DNA from: Lepidodermella squamata | Taxonomy: Eukaryota > Animalia > Gastrotricha | DNA length: 64,000 nt | Direction of reading: 5' to 3' | Assembly (NCBI GenBank): GCA_047495785.1 | Contig: JBLDXI010000002.1 | Coordinates: 2,108,001 to 2,172,000, forward strand | Part shown: piece after piece, positions 11,423-24,700 of the stretch | Position numbering within the stretch: the first letter of the stretch is position 1 | Layout of the letters: the number at the start of each line of letters is the position of its first letter | Made by a program: the position numbers and the translations under genes | Notes under the pieces: generated by a model | Seen by the model: only the letters and a program-made list of their open reading frames with translations | What the model was told of the DNA's origin: nothing | Databases searched by the model: none

Positions 11423-14400
11423 ATGGAGGAAAGAGGCATCGATATTCCAGCGGATGTCGTCGTTCGCCGAGCCACTTCGACGTCGCCGACCGCGAATTCG
11501 GGTTTGTTATGTTATTTTTTCGAATAATAATTACGACAGCTGTAGAGTGGCGAAGATGCGCTGCCGCTTTTTTTCGCCGCTTCTGTTTATTATGTGTGTG
11601 GCGGCTCCGAAAAAAATGCATGCGAATATAACGGCGGCGCGTTTTTTGTTTTCATTTAAGTGCGTTTATTACCAGTTATAAAGTTCACCCGGCTATGGGC
11701 AGAGCACATTACGCGCTAATAAACATAGAGTCTTGTAAGTAATGTATGTCTACTACTTTCTCATGCCAAAAAGGAGCTGCTCTCGCCGGATATATTTCCA
11801 TTTTTGTAGAAAACGGGGCGCTCCTTTGTTTTCACCGCGCGTCGCTTTTTAGCTGTACCTTTTATGAACAATATCTGACCAAAACACTTTCGAGTGCAGC
11901 CATTAAGGCGGCTCGAAGCAGCGTGCGCAAACAACATTGTAATCATTCGATTTCCGTATTTTTGTTAATTTAATACATTACTACTTGGTTGGTACCTACA
12001 TTATTCAGTACCTGGTTGTTGTTATTATCATCATAATCATCATCATCCTGGCGTCGCGGTTTTTATTTACCGAGCACCCGCGAAATCTCGCAATAAACTC
12101 GCTCGGTTCTTCTAGCCTCATCGCGTGTAAATTGTTTAAAAAATTCTACTCTACCATGTTTTGTATAGTTGTTGAACCGGCTAGTGCGAGTGCGCACCGC
12201 TCGTCGTCGTTTTCGAAACCATTTCGCGGCTTGAAACGCATACTGTTCGGCAGCAAGTCGAGCGAGAAAATCCAGCAACAACAACAGCCCGCCGTTGTTA
12301 ACAATAGCATTGCGATGTCTCAACAGCAGCAACGCAACGAACTGAGCTCATCGTCGTCCGACGACGAGGGTGTTATTTTATCTGAACCTATGGATGGTGT
12401 TGAGCAGCAAAAAAGCGGGCCAGTTTTTCTGCCCGCCTTCCGCCACCAGGCGCGGCCGGCGAGTCGTGAAAACGCGCAGAATGCAGCGCCGCAGCCGCAA
12501 AATCAGCACCAGTCTAACGCGCCGTCTTGGTCGAAAGTTCGCCACTCTTCCTCGCATCGTTCGTTATCGAGTCAGTCGAGCGAGAAGGAAGAGGGTTACG
12601 CGTCATCGCGGGCCAGTCACGGCAGTCGCGAGTCGATCGACCTCGATTGCCTCGGCCGTGAGCAACAGGCGAATAATTCTTATAATAACAATCCGATGCC
12701 CTCGCCGTCGTCTCAGCAGCTGCTTTCAAATGACATTGCTAAACATCGGATAGCTGTCAGGCCGAAGCGGAGGCATGCAGCGACTACGGCCCCATTGAAT
12801 ACCGGCTCTCAGTTGGCTGATTTGCCGAGTCTTAAAGAAGAACCCGGCTATCTTTCAAACGCAGGTAATTTTAAGGAGGATTTTTCTAGCTATTTAATTA
12901 TTTTTCCTTTTTGTTAAATTCGACCCTATACCTCAAAAGCTTTTATTGAAATCAGTTTTTTAATTGAAGGTTTAGATTTTGCCATTTAATTGATAGAAAT
13001 TAATTTTCTATCATATAGTCAATTTTTGTGATTTTTTAGGTATTTTTTTAGAATTTTGTTAATCCTCTTAAAAAATACTTTTTCATACTTTCTCTCAATA
13101 TTTTTAACAAAAAATCCTGAATTTTAAGTAATGCTAGCCGATTTATTCGGATTTTTTTTAAAATTATTTTCATGAAATTCTAGAAAAATTGCGAAAATTG
13201 ATTATTCGGAATTTTTTACAGTTATAATAAGTAGCTACTACGATAATTTAAAACCTTTTCTTTTCTTGGCTTTTTGCAAGTTATCTAGGGCTTGAATAGA
13301 TTTTGAGAATGCGTCTTCGTGATTTGATCGATTAGCCGTTTCAGCCAAAGAAAAAATCGATATCTTATCCCTGTGATAACAAGCTGGATTATAAATTTCG
13401 ATGAAATGTTTTTGAAAATACAAATAATCTTGTTTACTCTTCTCGCCGCTGTGTGTTTACTCATTATCGAGATTTTTATGTAAATTTTTTATCCTTAAAT
13501 TTGTGTTTTGCGTTATGCAGCTTACACGCCGGCGCCATTTGTCGTCAACCAGCAATCGATCACGCAGCAACTGGCGGCCGCACGCAAAGTGCCGCTGTCC
13601 GTGAATGCGGCCGCCTCGAATGGCGCCTCGGGGACCCCTTCTTCGGTCTCCGGGGCTTCGTCGGCCTCGGCGCCGAAAGTCATGAAACAAACGACCAGTA
13701 GCAGCAGTTCGTCATCGCTATCGCCGCCTCACTCGTCAATAATCGTGACGAATGAACCCGTGCCCGGTCCCAAGCCCAGTGTACTACATCGCGGCATTAA
13801 ACTGCCCGGTTTCGACCCGGCAGGCGCGTCGCCCCTCACCCACAAAACTTCTTTCACGTCGAAAACCACGCCACCGGCCGCCGCTGCCCCAACGCCGACC
13901 GGGCCGTCGACGGAAGAAGAGTTGGCGAAGGCGTTCTCGCGGCTGCGGAAAGTGAACGCGGGTGATGCGGATGCGGCTAAATCTACAGTCGATAGTAGTA
14001 ATGACTCATCTGCCATGGGCACCCCCTCGCTCAACCTTCCGGTCGTGTTGCGGAAAACTGGTCATAGTGTAGCGGCTGATTCCGGTGCGAGTAATACTGA
14101 CGACGACGGTCGGCCGGCCGTCGCTGCTAAACCGCTCGTGTTGCCTAAGCCTCTCGCCGCGGCTAAAAATCGGCAGACTGTGTAAGTTTCATATGTCCAG
14201 GAAATGATAGCCGAAGTGACCTGGGCGCGTTTATTGCCATAGAGTAAATTACGCTAAATTAGGGGATAGCTGATAAGAAATCAAGCTTTTGAGTGCATCC
14301 ACAGATTTGATATCAAAAGAGGGCTCATCGAATTGAAACAATCGATTGATTCAAACAGTGGGATGAAACAACGATATTTATTGAAGGTTAAATAATGAGC

Positions 14401-15434
14401 TTCTGCTCAAAAAAAATTGAATATGAAAAAAAACGGATTCTCGATTTTACTGCCAATTTTGGGAATTTTATTTTATACCTATTTCTGATTTTTTGCCTAT
14501 AAAGGGGCAAAAATTATGAAATTGAAGGTAGATGCCCTAAATATACTCGAAACAAATTTCGTCGAAACAAAAGAATTAAGGGGGATTTTCGAAAAACTAA
14601 GCAGTGATTATTTGTTCTCAGAGCTGACTGACCGACATTTTTATTGCTGATTTTTTCTTATTGGGAAAAATTTCGAATTCTTGAATGGACCTGAAGACAC
14701 TTTTAAGGTTCAATATTAGTCCGAAAACGTATAAAATCAGCATTTTCCGAATTAGATTAGTAATCGAGATCAGGTTTTTCTTGAATTTTCGTTCTCATAT
14801 ATTTCCCGTCATAGTTTTCCCATATTCAGAGCCTATCTGGAAAACTCGATTTTTAGTTGATAATGGGAAGGTTTACAAGCGTTTATCTCTAACTCGTTCC
14901 GGTCAGAGTCAATTAGAGTCCACCTCGCGGCAGGTGAAGTGTGTTTCATTGAGTCTAGTTCGTACTGGTCGCATTTAAATTCTCTCAGCGGTATAGTCAG
15001 TCATATTGCATCTTAATGTGTTCACTCGAGTGAGGTCAAATTGGTGTCAAACTGTGTTTGCACGCTCGCGCGCGCCCAGCCATTACTTCATTAGCGCTAT
15101 CAACTCTGTTATAACTCTACACACCATTCATTATCATCGTGTAATGCATTTGAACAGGTGCTTGGCGTCGCTGCCTTTCGACACACCAGCAGCCGCAGAG
15201 TCGCAGCAGAGTGTCGCGACGCTCAAGTTGCAGCAGCAGCAACAACAACACCAACAGTCTGGCAGCAGTAGTCAGGCCTTTCCTAAAAGCACCTCTCTCA
15301 ACTTCAGCCGAAATAAATCCCCGCCCGACTCGTCGCTGCAGACTTCGACGTCGCGCCTCGTTCTACAGCTGAGTAGTAGTAACAGTCATCAGCAGCAGCA
15401 GCCGCAGCAAAACCAGCCGTCAACAAACGTCTGA
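11423..15434 (+). CDS. CRACD/KIAA1211-like low-complexity protein (DUF4592-type motif), 4 exons
   Basis: Exons 11423-11501, 12169-12864, 13521-14181 and 15158-15434 join in frame across GT-AG introns. LSNDIAKHRIAVRPKRRH resembles the DUF4592 motif. Q/S/P-rich, with EELAKAFSRLRKV. Confidence 0.65.
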
Positions 15435-16235
15435 AATTCAAAACCTGGGATCTGTTGTTTTTCATCATCTGATACAAAATCATAATAATAATAATAAAAA
15501 TAATTATTTACAAAATTATAATACTATGCATCGGAGTGAAAATCAAGCGCAACCTGATTGTTTTGTTTTCCGCGTCTCTTTCTCCGCAAATATATGAGAA
15601 GTAACTGTTGTTGCTGATCAAAACCCTTCATTGTTGTCACATCTACAACGTTTTCTTTCCACGCGCGGTCGTTGAAATAACACACACACACAGGCCGTTA
15701 TTTCGGTTTTACAAATAAAATGCGACCGTGTTTTGTTGATATTCGACCGGGCTGCGGTTTCTTACCCTGCCTGCGCCTGTTACAACCGGCTGCTTGAGAA
15801 AAACCAATAATTATTGTTGTTGATGTATATTATAGAAGCCAATATTTGCTTTACAGATGGCGCTCGCGCAATATCTTCAGGTTTTATATTTCGTGTTGTG
15901 CATGTTCTTCAACAAACTTTTTTGTGTTTGCGCTGTTGAAAAGCCTTAAAAAGCGAGCGAGCGAGCGTGGCCTTTGTTTAAGTCGTTATTATGACAATTA
16001 CTACTGTTATACTACTCATTACTACTGTATACTGTTTTATCGCTGTTACACAGAGAGAGAAAAACAGAGCTACTCGATAATGATGCTAGCCATATTATTA
16101 TTATAATGATGCAAAAGGTTTCGACGAAAAAATGAGCGACGATGGTGAAAAAAGAAACTTTACATTAAAATAAACGAAATTGAAATCTGATAAGAAAAAA
16201 CGATTTTAAGGTGGAGTTTTTATACAAAAGAATTG

Positions 16236-18647
16236 TTATGAGCTTGGCACTGACCACCATTTGATCTTGATTGAGTTAGCTGCCTGGGATAGGAGAATGA
16301 CCACACTGTTGGAGAGGCAAGTTGCTAACATGGCGACTGCGACAGTGATCTGCTGTCCGATAGGTGTTCCAATTATGAACAGAATAAACATAGCAGCAAT
16401 GAAGAGCGTTGAAGATTGAACGGCTGCCCAGCGCAGTGATTTCATCCCAGCACTTTCGGCCGGATTCAGGCCGCTCATTTGGAAAGCGAATAGCATAGCA
16501 ACCATCAGCGGCATGTAGTCGATGGCTGCTAATGCGAAATACCAAGCGTTGCCGTATTTCAGCGATCGGCAGGTTGTTACAGATTTCGCATACATTACAT
16601 CTGCATCGGCGTCGTAGTTAGCAGTCATGTCAATTTCATCCGTATGAAGTGGATCCGATAGAAACCAGACTAAAAGGATGACGCAGTTTACAGCAACAAA
16701 AATAGCTACGCTTGAATAGACCATTAAGATTTGCCGGCGGATGGGCATCTCTCTGGCGACCTTACGCAGAATGCCTTTTCCTGTGTTTTTCCGGGAACGT
16801 GATGGTTTCTTCAGCTTGGTGGGGGGAGTTTTCACAGACTGACCTACAGACTGAACGAATACGGTCTTTGCTACTACGGAATTAATTTTGATAGCTCTGG
16901 TATTCTTCATTGTTATTCCGAGACGCGTGATCAAAAACGAATTGTTGAAAGCAATCCCAACAGCGGCGAATACAACTCGAACAGAACAAATTGCGTCCGA
17001 GGTTGGGTCAATAGAGAATAGGATAGCAGCTATGTTCGTCAAAATGCAGCCAACTGCGAGCAGAACTCTAGTAACCTCCACGCTTTTCCGATCCTCCCTG
17101 CTTTTCAACAAATCTCTAACGGCGAAAATCTCGCAGATGAAGAGAATGCTTGATATCGATACAATCACTATGAAAACCTGGACAGGAGCTTGCCAATCTA
17201 CCAGTTCAATGCGATACCTGTCGTTTGGAGGTTGCCTATTAGGCGTTCTCCATTTGACAGAATTCATTAGACGCATCGAGTAGTCGCCAAGTTTGGAAAA
17301 CTCTCCGGTAGAGTTCATTTTGATTTCGTAGTTAACTCGGATGCCCTCTGAAGGCGACCACTGCCAAACGAATTGAGATTCGTAATCTTGCTCTAAACGC
17401 TCTGACAGTTTTGTCGGACCGTGCCGAAGTCCAACGTAACTTACTTTTGCAGCACTCGAGTTGACAGCCATCATTACTTCACGAGGGAATTTCGAATAGC
17501 TATCAATAGTGAGATCATTGCTGCTTTCCTGCAGAGCGCTGATTGTTCCATTTAGCGTGATCAACGCATGTAAGAACTGGTCATGGCAAGCTGTTCTTCG
17601 CTGGTAGTCTGCGTCGGACTTCGCTGATGGCATGGTGGCATCAAGATACTCATCAAACTTCCGCCGATCGTAGCCAAGAGTTGAGATACCCGAGTAATCC
17701 ATTCCAACGCTGATCCACGTTGCGCCGATGTAGAAGGTTTGCTGAAGCTGCTCGAAGACGGTTCGGCGAGAGCATGTCGGGGTCAACTGTTCTGACAAGG
17801 AGTACGGATCAGTGTACATTCCTGATGGAAATATGAAGACATAGCGACTTCCGAACAGGCCGAAATCATAAGCCAAACATAAGAAAAGATATGATCCACG
17901 AATGTCAGTCGTTTCAAGGATAATAATTCGAGCCTCAGAATCTTTCAGACCAGACATAGTGTCTGAATCAATGTCGAGTGTCACCTCATATCGGACAACT
18001 TTCAGCTCGTTTGCGATGGCGATATTGTGGAAATAGGTAGCTGTATTAATGTTGAGGATATTTCCAGCGTGGGCGATCATTGCAATCTTCTGCCATCGTC
18101 CGATTCTTCTGATGAAGATCAGCCGAGGGTAAGCAACCAATTCCCCAGATATCCTTGTCCTGTATAAATTTGGATACTGTAGGCGATTGTTTGTGAAATA
18201 GTTTGAGAGACATCCTATGGCCACGTACACCATGTTAAGATGATGTACTACTGGGGCGATGGCTTTGCATCCAGCCGAGAAGCTACCGCCGTAGATGACA
18301 GGGGATACGATAGGGGAATTGTCGTTGCTCGCTTCGTTCAGGCGAGAGTAGTCTACAGCTAGTCGAACCAAGTTTGCGCTATTTGCCCCTTCACTTCTGA
18401 ACTGAACAGCCAACTCATATCCGGGCAGAATGTCATCTCGAGAGTTTGCTATATCCGCCATCGTTTTCGCGACGCTCTCGCACAGGCTTAAACCATTCGG
18501 GTTGCTTGTACCAGCGGTTGCAGCGAGCATTATGATTTTCTTGGTTTTAAGGGGGCTTTTCTGAAGAGTTAAATCGCCTTTGACCGCAAAGATACCGCAG
18601 CATAAAGCTAAGAGGCTGACTGTCGCGAAATATCGAGCAAAAGTCAT
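16236..18647 (-). CDS. Intronless class C GPCR, GABA-B receptor-like; diverged paralog of 927-3275
   Basis: ATG 18647 with signal peptide. Motifs IANSRDDILPGYEL, GGSFSAGCKAIAPVVHH, YPNLYR, LKDSEARIII, GSRYVFI, W-x4-PP and 7TM with WFLSDPL. Confidence 0.9.
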   Translation of the reverse strand: MTFARYFATVSLLALCCGIFAVKGDLTLQKSPLKTKKIIMLAATAGTSNPNGLSLCESVAKTMADIANSRDDILPGYELAVQFRSEGANSANLVRLAVDYSRLNEASNDNSPIVSPVIYGGSFSAGCKAIAPVVHHLNMVYVAIGCLSNYFTNNRLQYPNLYRTRISGELVAYPRLIFIRRIGRWQKIAMIAHAGNILNINTATYFHNIAIANELKVVRYEVTLDIDSDTMSGLKDSEARIIILETTDIRGSYLFLCLAYDFGLFGSRYVFIFPSGMYTDPYSLSEQLTPTCSRRTVFEQLQQTFYIGATWISVGMDYSGISTLGYDRRKFDEYLDATMPSAKSDADYQRRTACHDQFLHALITLNGTISALQESSNDLTIDSYSKFPREVMMAVNSSAAKVSYVGLRHGPTKLSERLEQDYESQFVWQWSPSEGIRVNYEIKMNSTGEFSKLGDYSMRLMNSVKWRTPNRQPPNDRYRIELVDWQAPVQVFIVIVSISSILFICEIFAVRDLLKSREDRKSVEVTRVLLAVGCILTNIAAILFSIDPTSDAICSVRVVFAAVGIAFNNSFLITRLGITMKNTRAIKINSVVAKTVFVQSVGQSVKTPPTKLKKPSRSRKNTGKGILRKVAREMPIRRQILMVYSSVAIFVAVNCVILLVWFLSDPLHTDEIDMTANYDADADVMYAKSVTTCRSLKYGNAWYFALAAIDYMPLMVAMLFAFQMSGLNPAESAGMKSLRWAAVQSSTLFIAAMFILFIIGTPIGQQITVAVAMLATCLSNSVVILLSQAANSIKIKWWSVPSS

Positions 18648-19639
18648 TTGCAAATCGTCTCAATTTCAAAGTTGAATGATAGCTGATTTATTTCTTTAAT
18701 AATTCAGCTGCTCGTTTTCACGAGTTCATATACTCCACCCTCAAATACTTTCTTGCGCTGAATTCCGAGATGTCACGTCTGGAAAAGGTTGGTGTTCCGT
18801 GAAGGCTAGTAATTAGCTTAGTCAACACGTCGCGCCCTAACAGCCGCATAATTGCGACCTGATTTTCAGTGTCTGTCGTGAAGCGTTAATTAATGGAACT
18901 GATGAAACGTCAGGTAAGATGCCGAAAGCGTAGGAAAAATAATGAGGCGCGTGGTTTGCAAACCGGCAGCAAAGTTCCTCCTTCGTCTGGTGCTTGTGCG
19001 TCAATGGTCTTCGTGCATAGCTTCAACTTCCGTGCATATACGAAGAAGTGTTGTTAGGTTCCCTCCCATCCGCAGTTTATTAAAAGAGACATTCTTAGCC
19101 CCTACCATTCATGGTGCCTTCGATTCCTGAAGTACCTTCAAGACCTAATTTACTAGACCTGTCAGCTGATTTCCTAGCCTGAAAATTGATATCAAGCTAT
19201 AACTGACAAGCATGTTTACCCTCTCGTTACGACAGTCTCAGATGAAAAAAAATCTAAGATGAGCAAAACTGAAAACGTGAATCAAATTAGCTCAACTAAT
19301 AAATCACGTGGTTGGTGGTATCAACGAGTTCATGGTTAATGAATTGCGGAAAATAATTTCCTGACGTAAATTCCCCAAAATTCCACAGAATGAAGCGCCG
19401 TGATGGTAAGGATTACTATCGATCCTTACCCTCATTGAAGAGGGGGTAGTATGAATCGCCATATTGATTCGATTGATATTGAGGATTAATATCATATGAT
19501 AAAATACAAGCACGCGCCTAATACGTGGTCTTATTTGACGCTTAAAAAGGCCTTCATAAAACCGATTGGTGTCAATCGTTACATATACCGAAATCCCGAT
19601 CGTTAAGATTGCATTAATTTGAATATGTTTGTTATAGCT

Positions 19640-20465
19640 GGCTTTGATTTTATGATGGAAAACTCAACGAAACAGCCTCAGAAGCGACCAAGAAAACATG
19701 ACCCAGCAACAACTGCAGAAACAAGCAACGGATCGCTTCCCAGGAAACTATCCAGAAGAAGAAATCAACGCATCGGAGTCCAATTTACGTGCTGATCTGA
19801 TGCTGCTACTCGTCGGTATTCTAGTTTGTATTCTAGGTATTCTGATTGTTCCAACCCATTTTAGCGGGGCTTAAACCTAAAGTCATCCCCAAGTATGATA
19901 TGATCAGCAAACGACATACTGAAGGCTGAAGTATTGGCAACTAAGGGCGCATGGTCAGTGCTTTCGTTCTCTCTGTGGCAATATGGACTTACTCAACCTC
20001 TACTATACAAAATCGTGAGTGATTCCCGATTTGCAATGACAGCAAAATTTATTCCAAAATGTTCTCAGCAATGAAATCTTCCGCCCCATTGAATCGCCCG
20101 TTCCCGATACAGCTTTTGATGATCTTCGTAAAACTTCGTTATACATCAGGACTTTACCTCTTCCTGTAATGATCGGTACTATTTTTTTTACTCAATTGCA
20201 GCTCTTTCTGAAGCGAATCTATTTCCCCTCGTGACCGTGAAGCTACGTGAGCGTTGAGAACCAAGATTTTCAATTTTCCTTCGGCATTGTGACCGACTGT
20301 ATTCACTGGTATTTCCTGAAGCTTCGTATGGATGGCGTCTATTTGGTTTCAGAATGTTACGATCTACCCGCCAATGTCTTTGGACAAGGCACGCCAGCTG
20401 ATCTATCCAAGCTTTGTGGAATTTGCAGTCGAAGTCGTAAAATGGTCGCGAGAAGAAGCGACTAA
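19640..20465 (+). pseudogene. Disrupted spliced gene with possible PD-(D/E)xK REase-like C-terminus
   Basis: Coding-like segments with splice sites (gtgagt 20015, ctcag 20068, tgcag 20201) but with stops and frameshifts. C-terminal FSFGIVTDCIHWYFLKL resembles the GIVTD...W-x-F motif of REase-fold proteins. Confidence 0.35.
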
Positions 20466-21202
20466 ATATGTAAGCTAACCGTCTCGTTCCATTTATCAGT
20501 TGTTGATAATCTAACCCTAAATAACATGTTTCCATTTTGCACAAGGAATTCGAATAAAAAATATAAATGAAAATTATTGAAGTTTCCAAACGACTAAAAG
20601 TTCTAAAAACGACTTTTTATCCCAATTTATCTATACTACTAATATCATTTTTGGAGCTGAAAACGAAAATAATTTCGATAAGCCTAGCACATATAAGAAT
20701 GCTGCCGTTGTGAAAATTCTGAAAGCTGAAAATAATATTCGTATTTTTATCTCGCAGTATAATTTTATGGCCGCAGTAAAGCCTTCCGATATGAAAAAGG
20801 GCTTCCGCTGGCCTGCTCTCGGTGTAATCAATCTTGGTGTTTTGCATGCCACACCCTGCGTGCAATCGCACCCATAGTTATCAAAACATTGCCCGTCAGT
20901 TTTTTAGTTGAAATAATGGTGTCTGTAATTTTTTATGATTTTCCAGCCATGAAAACCAGAAAACAGTCATGGTGATATAGGGTAAGCTCACGGGAGATAA
21001 TACCTTTTAATAGGCTTAAGGAATTGTGTGTTCTGTGTTCGTGACCTTTACGCGGCTCAAGTCGAATTAAAAAAGCAGCTTTTCAACCATATCGTGTGAC
21101 CAAAATCTTTTTAAGGCGGCGATCCTTCTGAAATTGTCTTGAAAACATGCGTCACCACCACTCATCAATTTGCATTGATCACTTGAATTCTATTTAATTA
21201 TA

Positions 21203-21777
21203 CGGAGTGGATATTCGTACTTAAATAAGTACGCGTTTTTTGATATTCATACTTAAATAAGTACGCATTTTTTGATATTCGTACTTAAATAAGTACGCGT
21301 TATTTGATATTCGTACTTAAGCAGCTTTCCGCTTACGTAATATTCGAAATTTTTCGACCATAATATTCAGCTTTTAAAACTGAGTAAGAATCATATCTCA
21401 CCCAGGAAGCTGAGATAACTTGGACTTGTCAAATTTGATGGCAAAATCTGGAGTTTCTCCCTATTTTCATCAAGTTGGATCTAAGGTTCAGGACCTTTTA
21501 GGTTTCCTGAGCTTTCCAACCCTAATTTCATGTTTTTGGATGCAAATTTGACAAGTCCAAGTTATCTCAGCTTCCTGGGTGAGATATGATTCTTACTCAG
21601 TTTTAAAAGCTGAATATTATGGTCGAAAAATTTCGAATATTACGTAAGCGGAAAGCTGCTTAAGTACGAATATCAAATAACGCGTACTTATTTAAGTACG
21701 AATATCAAAAAATGCGTACTTATTTAAGTATGAATATCAAAAAACGCGTACTTATTTAAGCAGGAATATAACGACCC
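21203..21777. mobile_element. Foldback/Mutator-like non-autonomous DNA transposon
   Basis: 218-bp inverted arms (21220-21437 / 21543-21760) that mirror even unit-specific variants. Arms carry 32-bp tandem subrepeats. Flanked by 9-bp direct repeat TTAATTATA (21194-21202 and 21778-21786). Confidence 0.9.
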
Positions 21778-24700
21778 TTAATTATATGGCCATTATTCTC
21801 GCATGATATGTTCTATAGCCGTTTTTTAGTTGTGATAATCATCAAAAGAAAACAACATATTGTTACCGCTGTTTTGTTGCGGCGCCGCGTGAGTGAGCGC
21901 ATTATATAATATTGCGCGAGATATTATTATATAGGCGATGAAAAATTTGTAGAGAAACATTTCGACAACATGATGCGGTGTTGTTGGACGTGTTTTTTGT
22001 AAATAACACGTGTCAAGTGAGCCTCTTGACGATGAGCAAAAGGTATTGATGCTGTTGAATACCTAGAATGCCATTAGCGAAATTTTCTGTCTGCTACGAT
22101 GTCTCGAAAACAGCCAATCATTCGTTGTAAGAGGAGTATAATTTAGCATTAATTCATGTCTTTCGAGATATTGAATGCTCGAGTTTTTTTTATTTAATTA
22201 ATTTCAGAATTACGCAAATATTTACTGAAGTATTTTTCTTAATGATATCAATAAATATTCTTCCTCCACGCCTTCTTCATCTGCGATAGAAATGGATATA
22301 ATATTAAAGGAAAAACCTTCAGGCTGAAAAATTTAGTCCAAAATTGCCCATGTTTTCCTCATTTCAGCTGCAAATTTTCAAAAAAAGCTGCATTTCAAAG
22401 CAAATATAGGTCGTGACTTTCGCCTAAATCAACAAATATACCGTCTTTTTTGGCGCCACGCAAGATGATATTTGACAACTTGTGTCTTTCCTTTTTGGTA
22501 AAACGTGAAAAACGCAAGAACCGCGTAAACACTCTGGCAAGCCTTCTCTATAATATTTCCTATATAGTGCCGGAAACCTTCGTGGCCGAGAGCGCAAGGC
22601 AAAACTCTGTTTATACACTTTTCGGCGAATAAAAGACACCGCTCTCTTGTCTCTTCATCATACCGCTATTTCGCAGGCATGCAAACAGACATGCGAGAAA
22701 AAATTACTCGGGTATTATTAGGCGAAAAAAACGCGACCAAAGGCCATCCGCTGTAGCACTTTAGCGCTCTATTTGCCTAAATTCATTCCCATCATCGCCT
22801 GTTATTGTTTCATTGCATGAGATGATGACATTATACCATGTGTGTAACACCGCCATTGTCTCGTTTGCTTTAGCGGCGGCGGCAAAATGGCCCCGAGCAG
22901 GATCGTTCGCAAAAACGTAATATCATGCGGTGTAATTATCTTGCAGTGCTAAAAAAAAATCATTTTTTTTCACCAATCGCAAACTTGGGCAAAATAATTC
23001 ATTTCTTTTTCGCACTTGACATATTGAATTGGCGACGCGTGCGTGTTGCAGTGATAATTACTTGTTTCAAAAGCAAAAAATATTATTTACCTTCTAACAT
23101 CTGTTGATAAAGTTGTATTGTTTTTATCAGTCACAAAAGTAAATTGTTTTCACGTAATTGAAATTTTCACCGAAAAGCAGTATTCATTTAAAACGTTCCG
23201 TTTTCATGCTTCCTAACTTTAGAACAATTATTGCGATCTAATAATTATTGTGATGTTTTAACACGGCTCAAGTGCTTATAGGGCCGTGTTTTTCTTTTGT
23301 TTTCTTTTTTTGAGTGCTTAAACTTGCGATGCATTAATACCCCTACATACCCGGCCGGACAGCGGCGAGAAAGATGCTGTTTAGAACAGCCGAGGCCTTT
23401 TCATTAGCACCATCTACAAGGTAAACATGTTCTGAATTGCAAGGAGCCGTAAAGCGGAAAGTAATTTTATAATAATCAGCCGCACATCGGAGGTGTCTCT
23501 TTTTTCTCTCGCGTTATATCGCACCTCTCAATCTGTGTCTCGTGCACGGCTAGGAAAGTATATAAGCAACGACATCGCATGTATGGCTCCACCTCTGAAA
23601 ACAAATCGCGACGCCATTTTAGCTCTACAATAAAATTTCATATTTTTATACGATTTTTATGATATTAAACAAAGCCGTTAGCGCACTTTTGACATCTCTT
23701 CATCATCATCATCACACATCACAAAATAAGCTGAAACGATGAAACTTTTTGATTGTTAAGATGATAGCATTAAGGCATCAGGGCGGTGGCTTAGCCATAA
23801 AAGATTAATAGCTGCTACATTTATTGTTTTATTCTTCGCTCTCCGGTGATTCTTTTTAAGGCGCGCGCCTACTTATATACGCCGGCGCAAAAAGACGCGC
23901 CATTTTTGCTATAGAATGCTATACACGTGAAATTTCTCAACGCTCCATTGTATTTTTGCGCGCGGCCCATTTTGTTGTTTGTTATTTATTGTTGTTGTCG
24001 TCATCCACCTTAAAAGCCAACAGGGATCTCCACCTCTGCGATTTGCTATTCAAAAATGCCGTAAGGCTAGATAGTCAGACAGAATGTGATTAGCAATACA
24101 CCGTTGGGCTCTATCAAATTATTTATGCCCGCGCCATTTAGGTGGCCATTGATGGCCGTTACGCTACCTTAAAAATCGCAATTGCGATCACAAAACAAAT
24201 TTTATTCTTGCTCAACATTGTTTGTTTTCTTCATAATTTAGCTGCATATTGCTATAAAACTTATAGGTACCAGTGACCAAAATCCAACAAAATATATGCT
24301 GGTGTTGTACCCGGCTCGCGTGCAATTCGCATGAGGTGATAATTATGCGCAGCCAAAATTATTGCCAACAAACCAGCACAGTTTCACGCTAGGGTGTCGA
24401 GACTTTTTGCACTCACCTTATACTCGGCCGTAGGCATGACCAATCAGCATAGAATTCGATATATTTAGTATTTCGCTTGTTTTTTATGCGCATCTGCATC
24501 ATAATATTTGTCTGCGGTTTTTTTGCCGCTCCTGAATTGTTCCATCTCTCGAATATTGGCTCATTTTTTGCGATAGATGATAAAAAATGAGCAACCTTAA
24601 TGATATTTGCATATTTTATATACTTTTTTGCCGTTTGCATATTATTTATTCTGCGCAATATCGTATTTCAATGGGCTCTAAACATTATTTATGTAATTGG

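Noticed and set aside
21210-21320. Palindromic 32-bp repeats resembling a CRISPR array
   Set aside because: Units are directly tandem with no unique spacers, are mirrored in an inverted arm with a 9-bp TSD, and sit in eukaryotic DNA with no cas genes.
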